This document shows, piece after piece, positions 44,775 to 56,539 of a stretch of DNA of 64,000 bases. The notes below the pieces were generated by a model, which ran no database searches, was not told the DNA's origin, and worked only from the letters and a program-made list of their open reading frames with translations. The position numbers were made by a program, and so were the translations under genes. Every line of letters begins with the position of its first letter. The stretch's first letter is position 1. This DNA comes from Camelus dromedarius (lineage: Eukaryota): positions 22,630,001-22,694,000 of the forward strand of contig NC_087464.1 in the NCBI RefSeq assembly GCF_036321535.1, given 5' to 3'.

Positions 44775-45490
44775 GACAACTTTTCTCAGTGAAATTTAGC
44801 AATATATATCATGAGCCTTAAAAAATGCTCATTCCCAACAAGCTATAAAAAGCATAAGCCATAAAGGTGAGAAATTTGACTTTATTTAAATTTATAGAAA
44901 TTTAAAGCATCTGTGCAACCGAAGACATCACAAAGGGAAAAGACAAGCCAGAGACAGGCCAGGAGAGTAGACCTGCAGTACATATAGCTGACAAAAAATC
45001 CGCTTCCAGGCTATATAAAGAACTCTGCAAATCAATAAGATAAAGACAAATCGCCCACTTTTTGTAAAAGGCAAAGAATAGGAACAGGCAATTGGTGGGT
45101 GAGGAGACCCAAAAGGCATGACAAGACTTCGCCCCAGCGCAGCAAACCCAAGTAAAACACAATACAACTCTGTAACCATTAAGTCGGTAGTCACCTAAAA
45201 AGTCACAGGGCCGAGCACTGTCGGGGCTGTGGGGCAAGAGGACCACTCGTTCATTGCTGGTGGCAGTGGAACTTGCCACAAGCATTTGAGGAAACAATTT
45301 GGTCTTATCTTGTAAAGCTGAAGATGCATATAGCCTACAACCAAGCAATTCCACTCCAAGAGAAACTTCCACACACGCACGAGGAGGATGTAAAATGCTC
45401 ACAGCAGCCTTGTTTGTAAGAATGAAAAGGGACAATGCTCTAAATGTCCACCAGCAGGAGAACGGAGCAGCTGTGGGATGTGCAGATTAA
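44775..45490 (+). mobile_element. L1ME-type ORF2/3' fragment
   Basis: ctatataaagaactctgcaaatcaataagataaagaca...cattgctggtggcagtgg...tatagcctacaaccaagcaattccactcc...gctcacagcagccttgtttgtaa. Confidence 0.8.
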
Positions 45491-46059
45491 CTGCAGCAGA
45501 TTGAACACATGCATTTACCTTCACTCCTTTCCAAAACCCCATTACAACAATAAAGCATCTTTTTTATACATAAATCCAAAAGGACAAAGAATGGAAGAAG
45601 AGGAAACAGCAACATGATTTTGGAAGTCGGAAAGCAGATGGGTGAGTGGTAATTGGCTTGGCAGAGCTGAGAAAGCGAGTCCCAGTCCTATTACCTGGCA
45701 GAACCCACCCAAACACTCAGCTAAATGGTGGCACCAGGTGGCCCTGGACATAGGGATGAAGGACTGGCTAGAAGGAAAGATGCAGGTAGACCCCAAGGAG
45801 CTTCCAGCTCTGCCCAGAGAAGACTGGGAGACACCTGGCTGAGGGGAGAGTGGGGGACCATCCGGAACACTGAAGGAGTAGGTGAAAGTTTCTGTGCTGG
45901 ATTTCAGTCTCGACCCCAGCCTTCCTCTCCCATTCAGCTCCAGGAGGCACTGCCATCAGGGCTCCCCAGTGAACCAGCCACAGAGAACCCACAGTTGGTG
46001 AGCCCGCCCCCACACAGGGGACACCAATCAGTGTTTAGTGCCCCAATCCTAAGTAAGAG

Positions 46060-47060
46060 CTACCAACCAAGCATCTCCAGACATCTGAACATCAGCTCCA
46101 CCAACTCAAGGGCTTTTGACCATTTTGTTCAGGGCTACAGAATGGGGCTGGCACAGAGCCGGCACTCCATAAATTTCTTCCGAGTGAATTCACTGAGGAA
46201 CCCTCTAATAAGTAAGACAGAGTCCCAAACAAGAAAGCAAACTGAAAAGAAAAAAAAAACCAACTTGACAGAAACAGGCAATGCGAATAGAAGAAAACTT
46301 AAAAAAAGAAAGTGCAAGCTATTATTATCCTCAGAGAAATAAAATATAGTATCCATGAAACAAGAACTGGATACAACATATTTTAAAGAGAACATTCAGC
46401 AAATAAAAAGAAATCTTTGAACTTTAAAATTTATAAAGCGGAAACCAAAACCTCTGTTAGAAGTGTAGAACGGTAACACTGAGGATCTCCTAGAAACAGG
46501 GACACAAAGATGAAGAGATGTGACAAAGGAGGGAGAAGATAAGGAAGTTAGGGTCCCTCCGAGAAACACATGTGGTTAGTTGGGGTTCCAGAAAAAGAGA
46601 ACAGAAAACAGAGGTCAGGAAATCATAAAGGAGAAAATCAAAAACTTTTCTGGAGCTGAAGAACATGAACTTCCAGCTTGAAAGGGCGGCCCCTCACCAG
46701 GGCCCAGCAGGGCGAGTTCTCAGAACCCTGAGGGGAAGGGAAGGTCCGACCAGCCTCCAGAAAGAAAACTCGGGGAGCACACCCGGAACCGTGTCAGAGC
46801 AGCCCTGGGCGCTCCACACCAGCCCTGCAAGCAACGCTGCAGGACGGCTTTAAGGCAGGGCCCGCTTTTAAAGTCTGCGAAGAAAGATCTCCACCTGGAA
46901 TACGACGCCCAGTCAGACTGTCAGTCAAGATTGGGGCAGAAGGAAGAGTTTTCAGACATGCAAGGTCCCAAGGCATGTACTTCCCACACACCTTTTCTGG
47001 GAGCCATTGGAGGACATGTTCCACCGAAATGAAAGCGTCAACCAAGAAGGGAAGCAAGAG
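46060..47060 (+). pseudogene. Decayed L1-ORF1p-like (HAL1 ORF1) coding remnant
   Basis: Frame-broken segments: QPSISRHL; MWLVGVPE at 46570-46593 (cf. L1 ORF1p RRM LRLIGVPE); FKVCEERSPPGIRRPVRLSVK at 46867-46929 (cf. CTD FNILKEKNFQPRISYPAKLSF). Confidence 0.7.
46089..46196 (+). mobile_element. L2 3'-terminal fragment nested inside HAL1
   Basis: agctcc...agggcttttgaccattttgttca...ctggcacagagccggcactccataaatttcttccgagtgaat; flanked on both sides by ctga; HAL1-like text is contiguous when it is removed. Confidence 0.65.
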
Positions 47061-47974
47061 ATCCAACCCAAGGGAGGTGAAGGGAACCCCGAACAATGGA
47101 GGGGGCCATCCCAGCATGCCTGCCCCACAGTAGGCGTCTAAACAAATCAAATTGGAGCAGGTCAGAGGCTTGGGGAGAGACTTCCTCAAGAAGATGAAAT
47201 TGATAGAGTACTTTACGTGTTTATGTTGACCAAAGATTTATCCAAATGGGGGAGAGCTGGGAATTGAATAAGTGATAAATATTAAAAAAAAAAAATAACT
47301 TAATCCCTCCTACCCCTCCAATTCCACAAGAAACAGACAGTTATGAACTCCAGGGAAAACAGAGCTGTCAAGAAAGGAACAGTAATCAGCGTATTCTAAA
47401 CGGCTTGGCTGGGAAGCTCAGCAAACCAAAAATGTGGTGAGTGGGGTGGAAGCTGCGGGATGGTAGTCAAATGAAGCTAAATCCTCAGCTTCTATAGTAA
47501 AAGTCACCAGGCAATGCCTGAAATGAAACCAAGGAACAGCCCTAGACGCCAGTTATTTAGAAGTAGGGAAGTAAACACACAAATAATCCACCAGAAAATT
47601 TGAAAGAGCTTGCTCCAGAGGAGTGGCAAGTGGCCCGGGGGTTGGGAAGAGGACCGCAGGGTTCAGGACAGAGCAACACAATGGCTTCACCCACCGCCAG
47701 TGGGGCCACCTCTGGCCCTGAACACCCCATCCTCTGCCCTAACCTGTGAATGTTCACTGTCCCTGCACCCCAGGCACCAGCACCCCAGCCTCCTGGCCAG
47801 CTCCTGCCGCCACCCTTGCTGGGTCTCAGTACCTGCCCACCCCCACCCCCCCTCAAAGGGGCAGACAGGGAGGCCCTCAGCTTCCTCTTCCTCCTCCTCT
47901 TCTCCGTGGTTGGGGGCTTCCTGGGGGTGGGGGGTCTGCCCGAGCCAGCAGTCCACTGAGCTTTTCTTTCTACT

Positions 47975-48195
47975 TCTCATTTAACAAATAGTTATTGAGC
48001 GCCTCCTCTGTCCCAGGCATCAGGGCTGTGAACAAGGCAGCAGCAAATTAAGCAAATAAAGCAATAAATACAAATTGTGGGGAGAGCCATGAAGGAAGAG
48101 AACGAGGTCTGTGGAAGGAGAACTCTGATTTCTGCATGAAGACACTGAGGGGCAGGCTGAGATGGTGACAGGGATATGAGTGCCCTGGCTGGAAG
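47975..48195 (-). mobile_element. L2 3' portion
   Basis: catttaacaaatagttattgagcgcctcctctgtcccaggc...gctgtgaacaagg. Confidence 0.7.
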
Positions 48196-49419
48196 GAGGG
48201 GGGAAAGGAATAGGTGGTGGGGAGGGTGGAGCATGAGAGTCCCTACCACCACCCCACCTCCAGCACTGTCTCGTCTCCCCTCCTTTGCTCCTCACCCATC
48301 ACACCAGCCACGACCAGGGCCAGGCTTGTCAGAGGACAGCAGGAGGGAGAAATCCATGGCCCAGCCTTTTAATGGAAATTGATGCCCACCTCACCAGGGT
48401 GATCTACACCCTCGATTCATTCCTCACTCAGGTCAGATGAGGCACCGTAGCCGAGAGGGGAGGGCAGGGCAGCAGCGTGTGGGCACAGGATCCCTCTGCC
48501 TGAGCCCTCTCTCTGCCTGCTGTAGCCCCGTCATTGCAGGTGTTTTCCTGCCCTGTCTTCCTCCATCAACTCTGCTTTCATTCAAGCCTCCCCTGCTCAA
48601 GATCCTTCCATGGTTCCCACTGTTCTCAGGGACAAGTTATGAGCTCTGGCATGCAGTGTCAGCTGCAGCCAGACCCAGGCCAAGCTCAGGGCTGTGGAGC
48701 TGAACCAGGGGCTGATAACCACCTAGCACCATCTTGGCAGGAATAGAGGAGGCAGTTCATGGCAGGGCAGAGCCCAGAGTGGGAAGCCCCCGCCAGCTGC
48801 CACAAAGTCAGCAAAGGCCCCCAGAGGGACCATGCTGAAGCCAGCCTTGGGATGAGCAGAAATCCATCAAGAGCTCCAGGAGAGGGAGAAAACCCCACGT
48901 GGCCCATTCCCACCTCCAGGCCTTTGCTCTTGCTAAGCCACTTGCCTAAGGGCCCTCCCTTCTCCTGCCCAGTGAGCCCACTTCAGGTCCCCCTGAGGTT
49001 GGTCTCACAAGCAGCCTTCCATGACCTGTCTTCCTCCATGACTTGGGATTCCCTCCTTCCTCCCTCAGCACACAGCAGGAGTTCCAGGAGATCTGTTGAC
49101 CAACAGAGTGGCCAGGGTCAGCAAGGGGTCAGGGAGGATACATGCCCATGGGAAGAATCTCCCCCTACCCTGCTATACCCCAGGCTGGGCTGGGCAATGT
49201 CAGAGCCAACCAAGGATGGAGGGAGGGGGACTGCCACGGAGACAGAACAAGGGAAGAGAGCCAGCCCCTCAGCCCGTCACCCACCCCTAGTGGACAGCAG
49301 CCACACCTGACAATGCTGGACAGCTGTCATCCACTGCCACCTCCTCCACCTCCTCCACCCTACACCATGAGCAGAGATGGTCTCTGGGAAGAGGGCCCGG
49401 GGAGGGCCTGAAATAGCCA

Positions 49420-49640
49420 CCATCATCCAGCACCTCCTACGTGCCAGGCACTTCACACAAGACCTGCCTTCCCTTATATGCTCAGTCAGTGCTAAATGTG
49501 CAACATACATGAGCTTGTTTAATTCTTAGACCCTGATCTGCCCCATTTTCCATGTGGAGAAATTGAGGCCCAGAGAGGTTTAGTAACTTGTCCACAGTCA
49601 CATCATGGCTAGGATCTGCAGTCAAATATGTCGACCTGGG
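49420..49640 (-). mobile_element. MIR SINE
   Basis: ccccattttccatgtggagaaattgaggcccagagaggtttagtaacttgtccacagtcaca. Confidence 0.85.
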
Positions 49641-51069
49641 GAGCTTAGTTCTTCCCAGTGGTCTTCTGAGATGGGGGTCACTGGGATGGGGGAACATACG
49701 ATTTGGAGCCTGCATCCCAGAAGCAAATAAGCCTTGATGCTCCCAGCTGGAGTGGGGGTGCCCAGACGGGCAGATCATTTCTGCCATCTATCACTCCTCA
49801 CAGATGAGGAAGAGGATCAGAGAGAGGATGAGGCCAAATAGAGTTGGGAAGACAGCATCACAGCCCTGCGAGAGGAGCAATCTCCCTTCTTGAGTTGGGC
49901 CAGGAACTCAGAAGTTTCCTCCCAACCTCTTGACATTTGAGGACCCTGGACCTCCAAAGGCCTGTGATTCTAAAATCTCATGCTTATAGGAATTTTACAC
50001 CTGCCACCATTTTTGAGCATCGACTAACGTACGACATCATACAGCATTATATTTACACCTTCCACCACAGCAGGAGATAGATTCTAAGGTGCTTTTCTCT
50101 TAGGGAAGGGGGACCTGCCCAAGGCCTCCAGTGATGAGAGGTAGGCTGGGTCTGACTTTGGTGTACTGACTGGAGCCGCTGTGCAGTCAGCCCACAGCTC
50201 ACGGGGCCTCACACGTCACGCTGTCCCTGGTGGTGGGATGAAGTGGAGGGGAGGGGTCTGCAACAGATCCCTCTGATCTAGGAAACCAAGGGTCTGGGAG
50301 CCATGATTTCTCAGCCAGAGGACTCTGCACAGAGAGTTCTCAGAGTGTAGAAAGAAGCCCCTACCCTGGCCCTACCCTCCAAGACAAGCGCTCCCAGTGT
50401 TGATGGAGCTCCCTGAGGAGGAGCAGGTGGGTGGCCTCAAGGCCCCCAGAAGCTTGGCCAGGAGCCTGGAGTAGGGCCCGAGAGGTGCAGGAAGCTGGCA
50501 GGGGCCCCAGAAGCCACTGCCACCTTCTGCCTACACGTGAACAGGTACCGGGCCCACTCCACCGATGTCGTAACTTGGGAAGGAAGACTGTGCGCTCAGC
50601 TCCGCGTCCTGATCACAGGGTACATTCTCCCGTCCCAGCTCTGGCCCTGAAAAGCCATGGGGGTTGGGCAGGCCACCTGCCCTCTCTGGCCTTGAGTTTC
50701 TCTGTGTTCAGTAGATTCATCCCCCTCTAGCCAGGCTCCAGGGTCTGAGGCTAGAATCCTCAGAGTGGGCCCTCCTCTGATTCAGAGGCCACTGGAAAGA
50801 TAGGACACCCACCTGCACTGTGGACTCTGCCCCCAGGCCTGCAGAGAACACCACTCAAGCAGCACCCTCCACGCAGAAAGGGGAGCCCTGCAGCCCTTCC
50901 CCTAAATCAGTGTGACCACAGGTGCTCTGGGGCCAGGACTGAGCAGTAGCCAGGAGACACTACCAGCTTCTCTAACCTGCGCACCCTGTCCCTGTCCCTG
51001 TCCCGGGGAGTCACCTGGGTGGACAGTCCACCTTTGGCTGGACTCCCACACCCTCTGAGTCAGGCAGCA

Positions 51070-51220
51070 AGACAGAGTAGTCAGAGTATGGAGTTAGGCG
51101 TCAGACAGCCCAGGTTCAAAGGTCACCCACCAACCTCTAAAATTCCAAAGCATTTTGGGGCAAGTCTTTTAACCTCTCTTGAACTCCACTTCCTCATCAA
51201 TAAATGGAGCCTGTAAGCAC
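51070..51220 (+). mobile_element. MIR SINE
   Basis: gtcagacagcccaggttcaaagg...gggcaagtcttttaacctctcttgaactccacttcctcatcaataaatgg. Confidence 0.8.
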
Positions 51221-51369
51221 ACCCCTGAAAGGAGAGGACAAGGGTGAGCAGACAAACCAGTGAGACTGAAGCTGGGACCTGCCCAGGCCTGCCTGAGCAG
51301 TCGGCCTGCCCCCAGGTCCTGCCAACATAAGACCTCAGCTTCCCCTTTCACTGCCCTAAAGCATCGGAA

Positions 51370-51700
51370 AAAAAGATGAGGGGGAAATCTGTAGTTTAAA
51401 ATAAAGTGGAATTTGCCTTTCATTAAAATGAAGTTTGTCACCTCTATCATAAATTGTCCTTCTCAGCTGCAGAAAAAGGTCCATTAACACATTTTTTTTT
51501 CCTTCTCCAAATGAGACAAGAGTGGGTAGGTTTAAAAATCCCTGTGGACAGTAAAAAAGCCAGAAAAGCCCTCTCCCCCACCACCTCCAGCTGCCCCCCA
51601 GAAGCCAAAAAATCACTGTAATTATCTGTCTGGGAGCAGGCTCAGGGAGAAAGCCTCAGTGTGGTTGGTTAAGGTGCTAATTAGCAGGAACCAGCTTCCA
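51370..51700. promoter_or_regulatory. Candidate conserved enhancer
   Basis: AT-rich: CATTAAAATG, ATCATAAA, CCATTAA, TAATTA 51619, palindrome TGCTAATTAGCA 51675-51686. Confidence 0.45.
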
Positions 51701-52019
51701 ATATGGGGGTTGGGGACCGGGAAGGTGGGCTTCAATCTCTTCCCCCCACCACCATCCCCCAACCTTCTACTCACTCAGTCTCACCTGGTTCGTGGGCATT
51801 TGCTCTCAGAGCCCAGGTTCCTGCAATAGCCCTCTCCCTTTAAAGCCTCAGTGTCCACACCTGAGCTATGGACACTGGCCCCTGTGACCACTTAGGACCC
51901 ACAGAGCCCTGGATACCATGTCCCTGGGAGGCTTTGGCACAGGCAGAACAACAGAGCGTGGAGTGGGGAAAGGGTTGCCTGGAGCGCTGAGCACTTCCAA
52001 TTCCGATATTAAAACAAAG

Positions 52020-52200
52020 GTGGCCTACATTTAATGAGCACCTATGATGTGCAGGTTTTGACTGAATGGACTCTTAACCTTGGTATGAGAGCCCCACAAG
52101 GTCATCCCTCCCAATGTCCTTTACAGATGAGGAGGTTAGTCACAGCGATGTTGAGTGACAGCTAGTAGGTGAGATCTGAACAGAGGCAGGCCAAACTGCA
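52020..52200 (-). mobile_element. MIR SINE
   Basis: catttaatgagcacctatgatgtgcagg...tttacagatgaggaggttagtcacagcgatgttgagtgacagctagtaggtg. Confidence 0.7.
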
Positions 52201-55200
52201 CCCCGCCACTGCCCACGCACTGGAAGCCCACGCACCCCAGCCTGACTCCACGCAGGAAGGAACGCTTGATTCTCCAGCCCTCCACATGTTCCAGCACAAA
52301 CGGCCCTATGAGACGGGAGCTACTGCTGTACAGTGATACTCAGGGGTAAAGGCACTCGCTTGGGGTCACACAGACCAGGAGAATGAGGATTTTAAGGAAA
52401 TGGGCCTCTGCCCTCACTTCACAGCCCTGGAAACTCACCCAGGGCTGGGCAGCCCCACAGAAGCCCTGTCCAGAGCAGAGCACTCCTCCAACGCCCTCGC
52501 TCCAGGAACCAGCCTGAGGAGCAGCTGTCCTCCCCGGGCTCAGAGACCCCATCCGTCTCGTCTCCTCCGTGGTCTCCAGACCCCCCCACCCCCGCCTTAA
52601 ATCCCTGGAGCATCGCTCGGGCTCCTGCCAGCCTCACAAACAGGACCCCTCCCCAGTCCCACACCTCCACGGCTCCAGGGGAATCACTGAGTCATGAGTT
52701 CTGGGAGGGCTCCCAACCCCTCCTGAGCTCCGACCACCAGCTTCCCAAATGCAGAGCCCAGCCCACCCTGCCGCCCTCCTCAGCTGCTCCCAAGGCCTCT
52801 GACTCCTGCCCTACCTGAGACCCTCAGGGCTGCAGGCCAGCCCATGCCCTCTCTGGGGACAATGTGCAAGGGGAGCTGGAGGCCACGGTGGGGACAGTCT
52901 AGGGGGTGGTAAGAGTGCAGGGAGAGTGCCTCAATTCCCCAGAAAGTTTTTTTGGCTCCTCAAGTGAGCAGGGGAGTGTGGGCCTTCACTCACATGAATC
53001 GACGGCTGTGCCTGACGGGTCTTTATCCCCTGCCCGATGCCCACTGTCCCCATCCAAGCCCCCAGCCCCTTGCCCACCTCACCCAGGGCCCGCTGCCCCT
53101 CAAGCACCTTCCAGTTTAGATTCCACGGCAGAATCAAGAAGCTAGCTGCCCCCACCCAATTCCATTCACTCCCACGGACGCCAGAGGTTGTGGGGCGTCC
53201 TGTGGCAGCCCTGCTCCAACCCCCCTCGCCCAGTGTGCACGCACAGACACACACACACCCATACACAAGGTCCCGGGTGCCTGCCCCAAGCAGAGCATGG
53301 GCGCCCACCACACACACAGTCTATCTGCCACCCAGTTCATGCCGCTGGTATCAGTAATGAAAGCAGCAGACCAACAGGACACCAGGCTGATTGCCACTCA
53401 GTGGCGGCAGATGAAAGGAAGCTTCCTGACCCTGGGCTGAGCCCTGACCCTGGTCACAGGGATCACCGATGGGTGCTCCTGGGATTCTAGCCTCCCTCTT
53501 TACCAGGGTCCAACTGTCTGCAGAGGAAGGTCACCAAGATAGGCTGGAGTCAGTGCCCAGCATGAGGCCCTAAGGTTCTTCTTCAGAAGCTCCCAGCCCA
53601 CAGCCTTAGCGTTCCTTGTTCCTGCCCAGAGAGGCCAAGGCCTCCAGCTAAAGTCACACAGCAAGCCAGGGTCAAGCTGGCACCAGAACTCGGTTCTCCC
53701 ATCTCCTGAACCTGGGACATGGATGCAATGCACATTGTGAGAGGGACAGAGCCACAGGCCCAATGCTCATGTCAAGGGCCATCTTATCTCTTAGAATTCA
53801 GGATGACAGTGCCTTGGGCCTAGAAGGACAAGCCCCAAATCCACTCCTTTCTCCATCAGGAATTCCCTCTCCAGTCTACTTGGCCATGGCCATTGAACCC
53901 CTGCTTACATACTTTTGATGAGAGCAAGCTCACCACCACCAAAGCAGCCTGTCCATCTGAGGCTCTAACTGGGATCCCACTCCCCAGACCTGGCTCTGCC
54001 CCGGGAAGTTGGTACTCACTGCAGGTCAGGGTTTGGGGAAAGGGCTCTGGGTCCTCAGGGATTTCTGGACAGTAAGTGCAACTCCCGAGCCTGCCATTTT
54101 CCAAGTCCCAGTCCCTCCTTGCCTCCCACATCCTGTTAGTGTCCCTCTGGGCCTAGGTGGGGCCCAGGCTGGAGCACCGACTGACTGGGTGGCTGAAGGC
54201 TAGCTCCTCACTCTCTCTGAAATGCGACCACTTAGGTAAAGCCCTGACCCCAAAGGCTCTGGCAGCACGGGCCCACCACACTGAGCCCCAGCACGACGAG
54301 CCTCCCCGGTCATCTCCTCCTTCACACCAGACCCACTGCTCCTTATGACACAGCCCCTGCCTGAGCCAAGGCTCTCTAGCACTCCGCCCTGGGTCTGTGC
54401 CTCTCTGGACCTAGAACAACATTGTATGGGTGGGTATCCTGAGTGCCCATTCTAAAGAGTTAGGGAAGGCCCCTAACTCCAAAAATATCTCCCTACCAGC
54501 TTGGCCTGTCTCTGAGGTTGGCCCTGAGCCAGAGGCCAGAGGCGAGAGGGTCTTCCCCAAACCCTGGCCAGCAGCTGATACCCCACTGTCCTCCCAGATA
54601 CCCAGTTCAAAGCCCCCATCCCTCCATCAGCATCCCCACCATGCCCCCATTAGCACAGCCGGCTGTCCCCGAGCCCCAGGCTTGGTGAGTTACAGCCCAT
54701 CCCTCCCTCCCAATGTCCTCGCCACCGCCACCACGGGCCCATATTATGGCATGCACATCTGTCAGCCTGGGGCGCCGCTGCCACCACTGTTTCCAGGGAA
54801 ACATACTCTGTTTATGACATTATCAAAAATTCTGGCCCCTTCCTCCCCCTCCCAACCTCTAGCCCTGCCTCTGTTTTTGGGGACGAAGATTTGGGCTGTA
54901 ACTATCACCACATGTCTTCCCTGCAGATTCTAATGGGGCCTGAATACATTGCCGCTGCAGAAGACACCACAGCCGCAAACATGCAGCCACCGTACGCTAA
55001 TGGGTGCGTTTAGGCTTCATCTGGCTGCCCTGACCACCCTCCCTGCCACGCCAGGGGCCACTGGAGAGTCCCCAGACCCGCCATCCCCATGCACCCGCCC
55101 TCCCCATGCACCCACTACTGCCCTATAAGCCCTAAGATGGAATCTGCTCACAGTAGAGGTGGGCTGGGGAATGGGTCACTAGCTCAGGGCTTTTGCAGGA

Positions 55201-55439
55201 AGGAGGGTAGGGAGCTGACCCTGACTAAGCCTCCCACTTGGGAGCCCCAATATTAACAGGCCCTTTTCACATGAGCCACCAATAAGCAGCTGGTGTTAAG
55301 AGGAGAAAACTGAGCCTCTAAGATCACACAGGTGGTCTGTGAGGGGGATCTGGTCTGTTCTGGAGTTGAACACAGAACCAGGGACTGCAAAGCTCCATCT
55401 CCCACAGTCCTGGGTCCCCAAGGCCTGAAGGCTAAGAGC

Positions 55440-55640
55440 TCACATGTTCTAAGCATTTTACATGTTTACATGTAATAATTTAAGCCTCATAATGACCCCA
55501 TAAGACCAGCACTACTAGCATATCCATTTTACAGACAGGACACTGATGCAAAGCCAAGGCCACACGGCTTGCAGGTAGAAGAGCCAGGATGCAAAGCCAG
55601 GCAGGCTCGCCCCAGAGCCCAGCTCTTAAGGGCTCTGCTC
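55440..55640 (-). mobile_element. MIR SINE
   Basis: taatttaagcctcataatgaccccataag...atatccattttacagacaggacactgatgcaaagccaaggccacacggct. Confidence 0.75.
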
Positions 55641-56044
55641 ACAGCAGCCTTCTAGGCTGGCCAGGTGAGGTGTTCCCACCACCTCAGGAAGACTCAGCCC
55701 CTTCCTTGAGCCCACCCCACAGAGATGGCCCTCGTCCCTGAGACAGCACCGGAGGAGAGAAGCCCAGGTGCTGGGCCTGACACACTGCATGGGTTCACCC
55801 CAACCTTCCCCAACTTCCAGTCTTAATCACAGGGGGATTCTGAGGAGCAAATGTTCAAGATTTACTCAACTATCAAGGGCCAGGCAAGTGGTACATGGCG
55901 GGATGATGATGATGATTGTCACTGCTATCATCAGGGTGGTTTGACCCATCACTGTGGGCATTCTGACCTCATGCCCCTCAGAAGGGCACACACTCCCTCT
56001 CTCCGCGGCCCTGGACACTGACAGCGCTTCACTAACCCTCTCTC

Positions 56045-56534
56045 NNNNNNNNNNNNNNNNNNNNNNNNNNNNNNNNNNNNNNNNNNNNNNNNNNNNNNNN
56101 NNNNNNNNNNNNNNNNNNNNNNNNNNNNNNNNNNNNNNNNNNNNNNNNNNNNNNNNNNNNNNNNNNNNNNNNNNNNNNNNNNNNNNNNNNNNNNNNNNNN
56201 NNNNNNNNNNNNNNNNNNNNNNGGGAATAATCCGTTCCTGGCCTCTCCCAGCTTCTGGTGGATGCCGGCATTCCTTGGCTTCATCACATCACTCCAGTCT
56301 CTGCCAGTGTGGTCACACGGCCTTCTCCTCTCTGTAGTCAAATCTCCCTCTGCCTCCCCCTTATAAGGACACTAGTGATTGCATTTGGAGCCTATCCAGA
56401 CAATCCAGAATAATCTCCCCATCTCAAAATCCTTAATTTAATCACATCTGCAAAGACTTTTTCCATATAAGGAAAGTTATGTTTTAGGGACCAGGACATG
56501 GACATCTTTGGAAGCCATTATTTAGCCTAGCACA
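56045..56534 (-). mobile_element. MLT1C-type ERVL-MaLR solo LTR (3' part in the 178-N gap 56045-56222)
   Basis: Minus strand begins tgtgctaggctaaataatggcttccaaagatgtccatgtcc...ctttgcagatgtgattaaattaaggattttgagatggggagattat...gggaggcagagggagatttgactacag...aagccaaggaatgccggc...ccagaagctgg. Confidence 0.9.
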
Positions 56535-56539
56535 GCCAC

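Larger units (their letters stand above)
45495..47670 (+). mobile_element. HAL1 (Half-L1, ORF1-only element), near full length
   Basis: HAL1-like 5' end (aaggacaaagaatggaagaag...ttttggaagtcggaaagcagatgg), ORF1 remnants, and HAL1-like 3' region (attggagcaggtcagaggc...aagaagatgaaattgatag; gctaaatcctcagcttctatag). Confidence 0.8.

Noticed and set aside
44902-45435. 177-aa minus-strand ORF
   Set aside because: Antisense of an L1ME fragment.
45725-46342. 205-aa ORF
   Set aside because: Chimeric read-through of the HAL1 5'UTR, the inserted L2 tail and decayed ORF1; not a gene.
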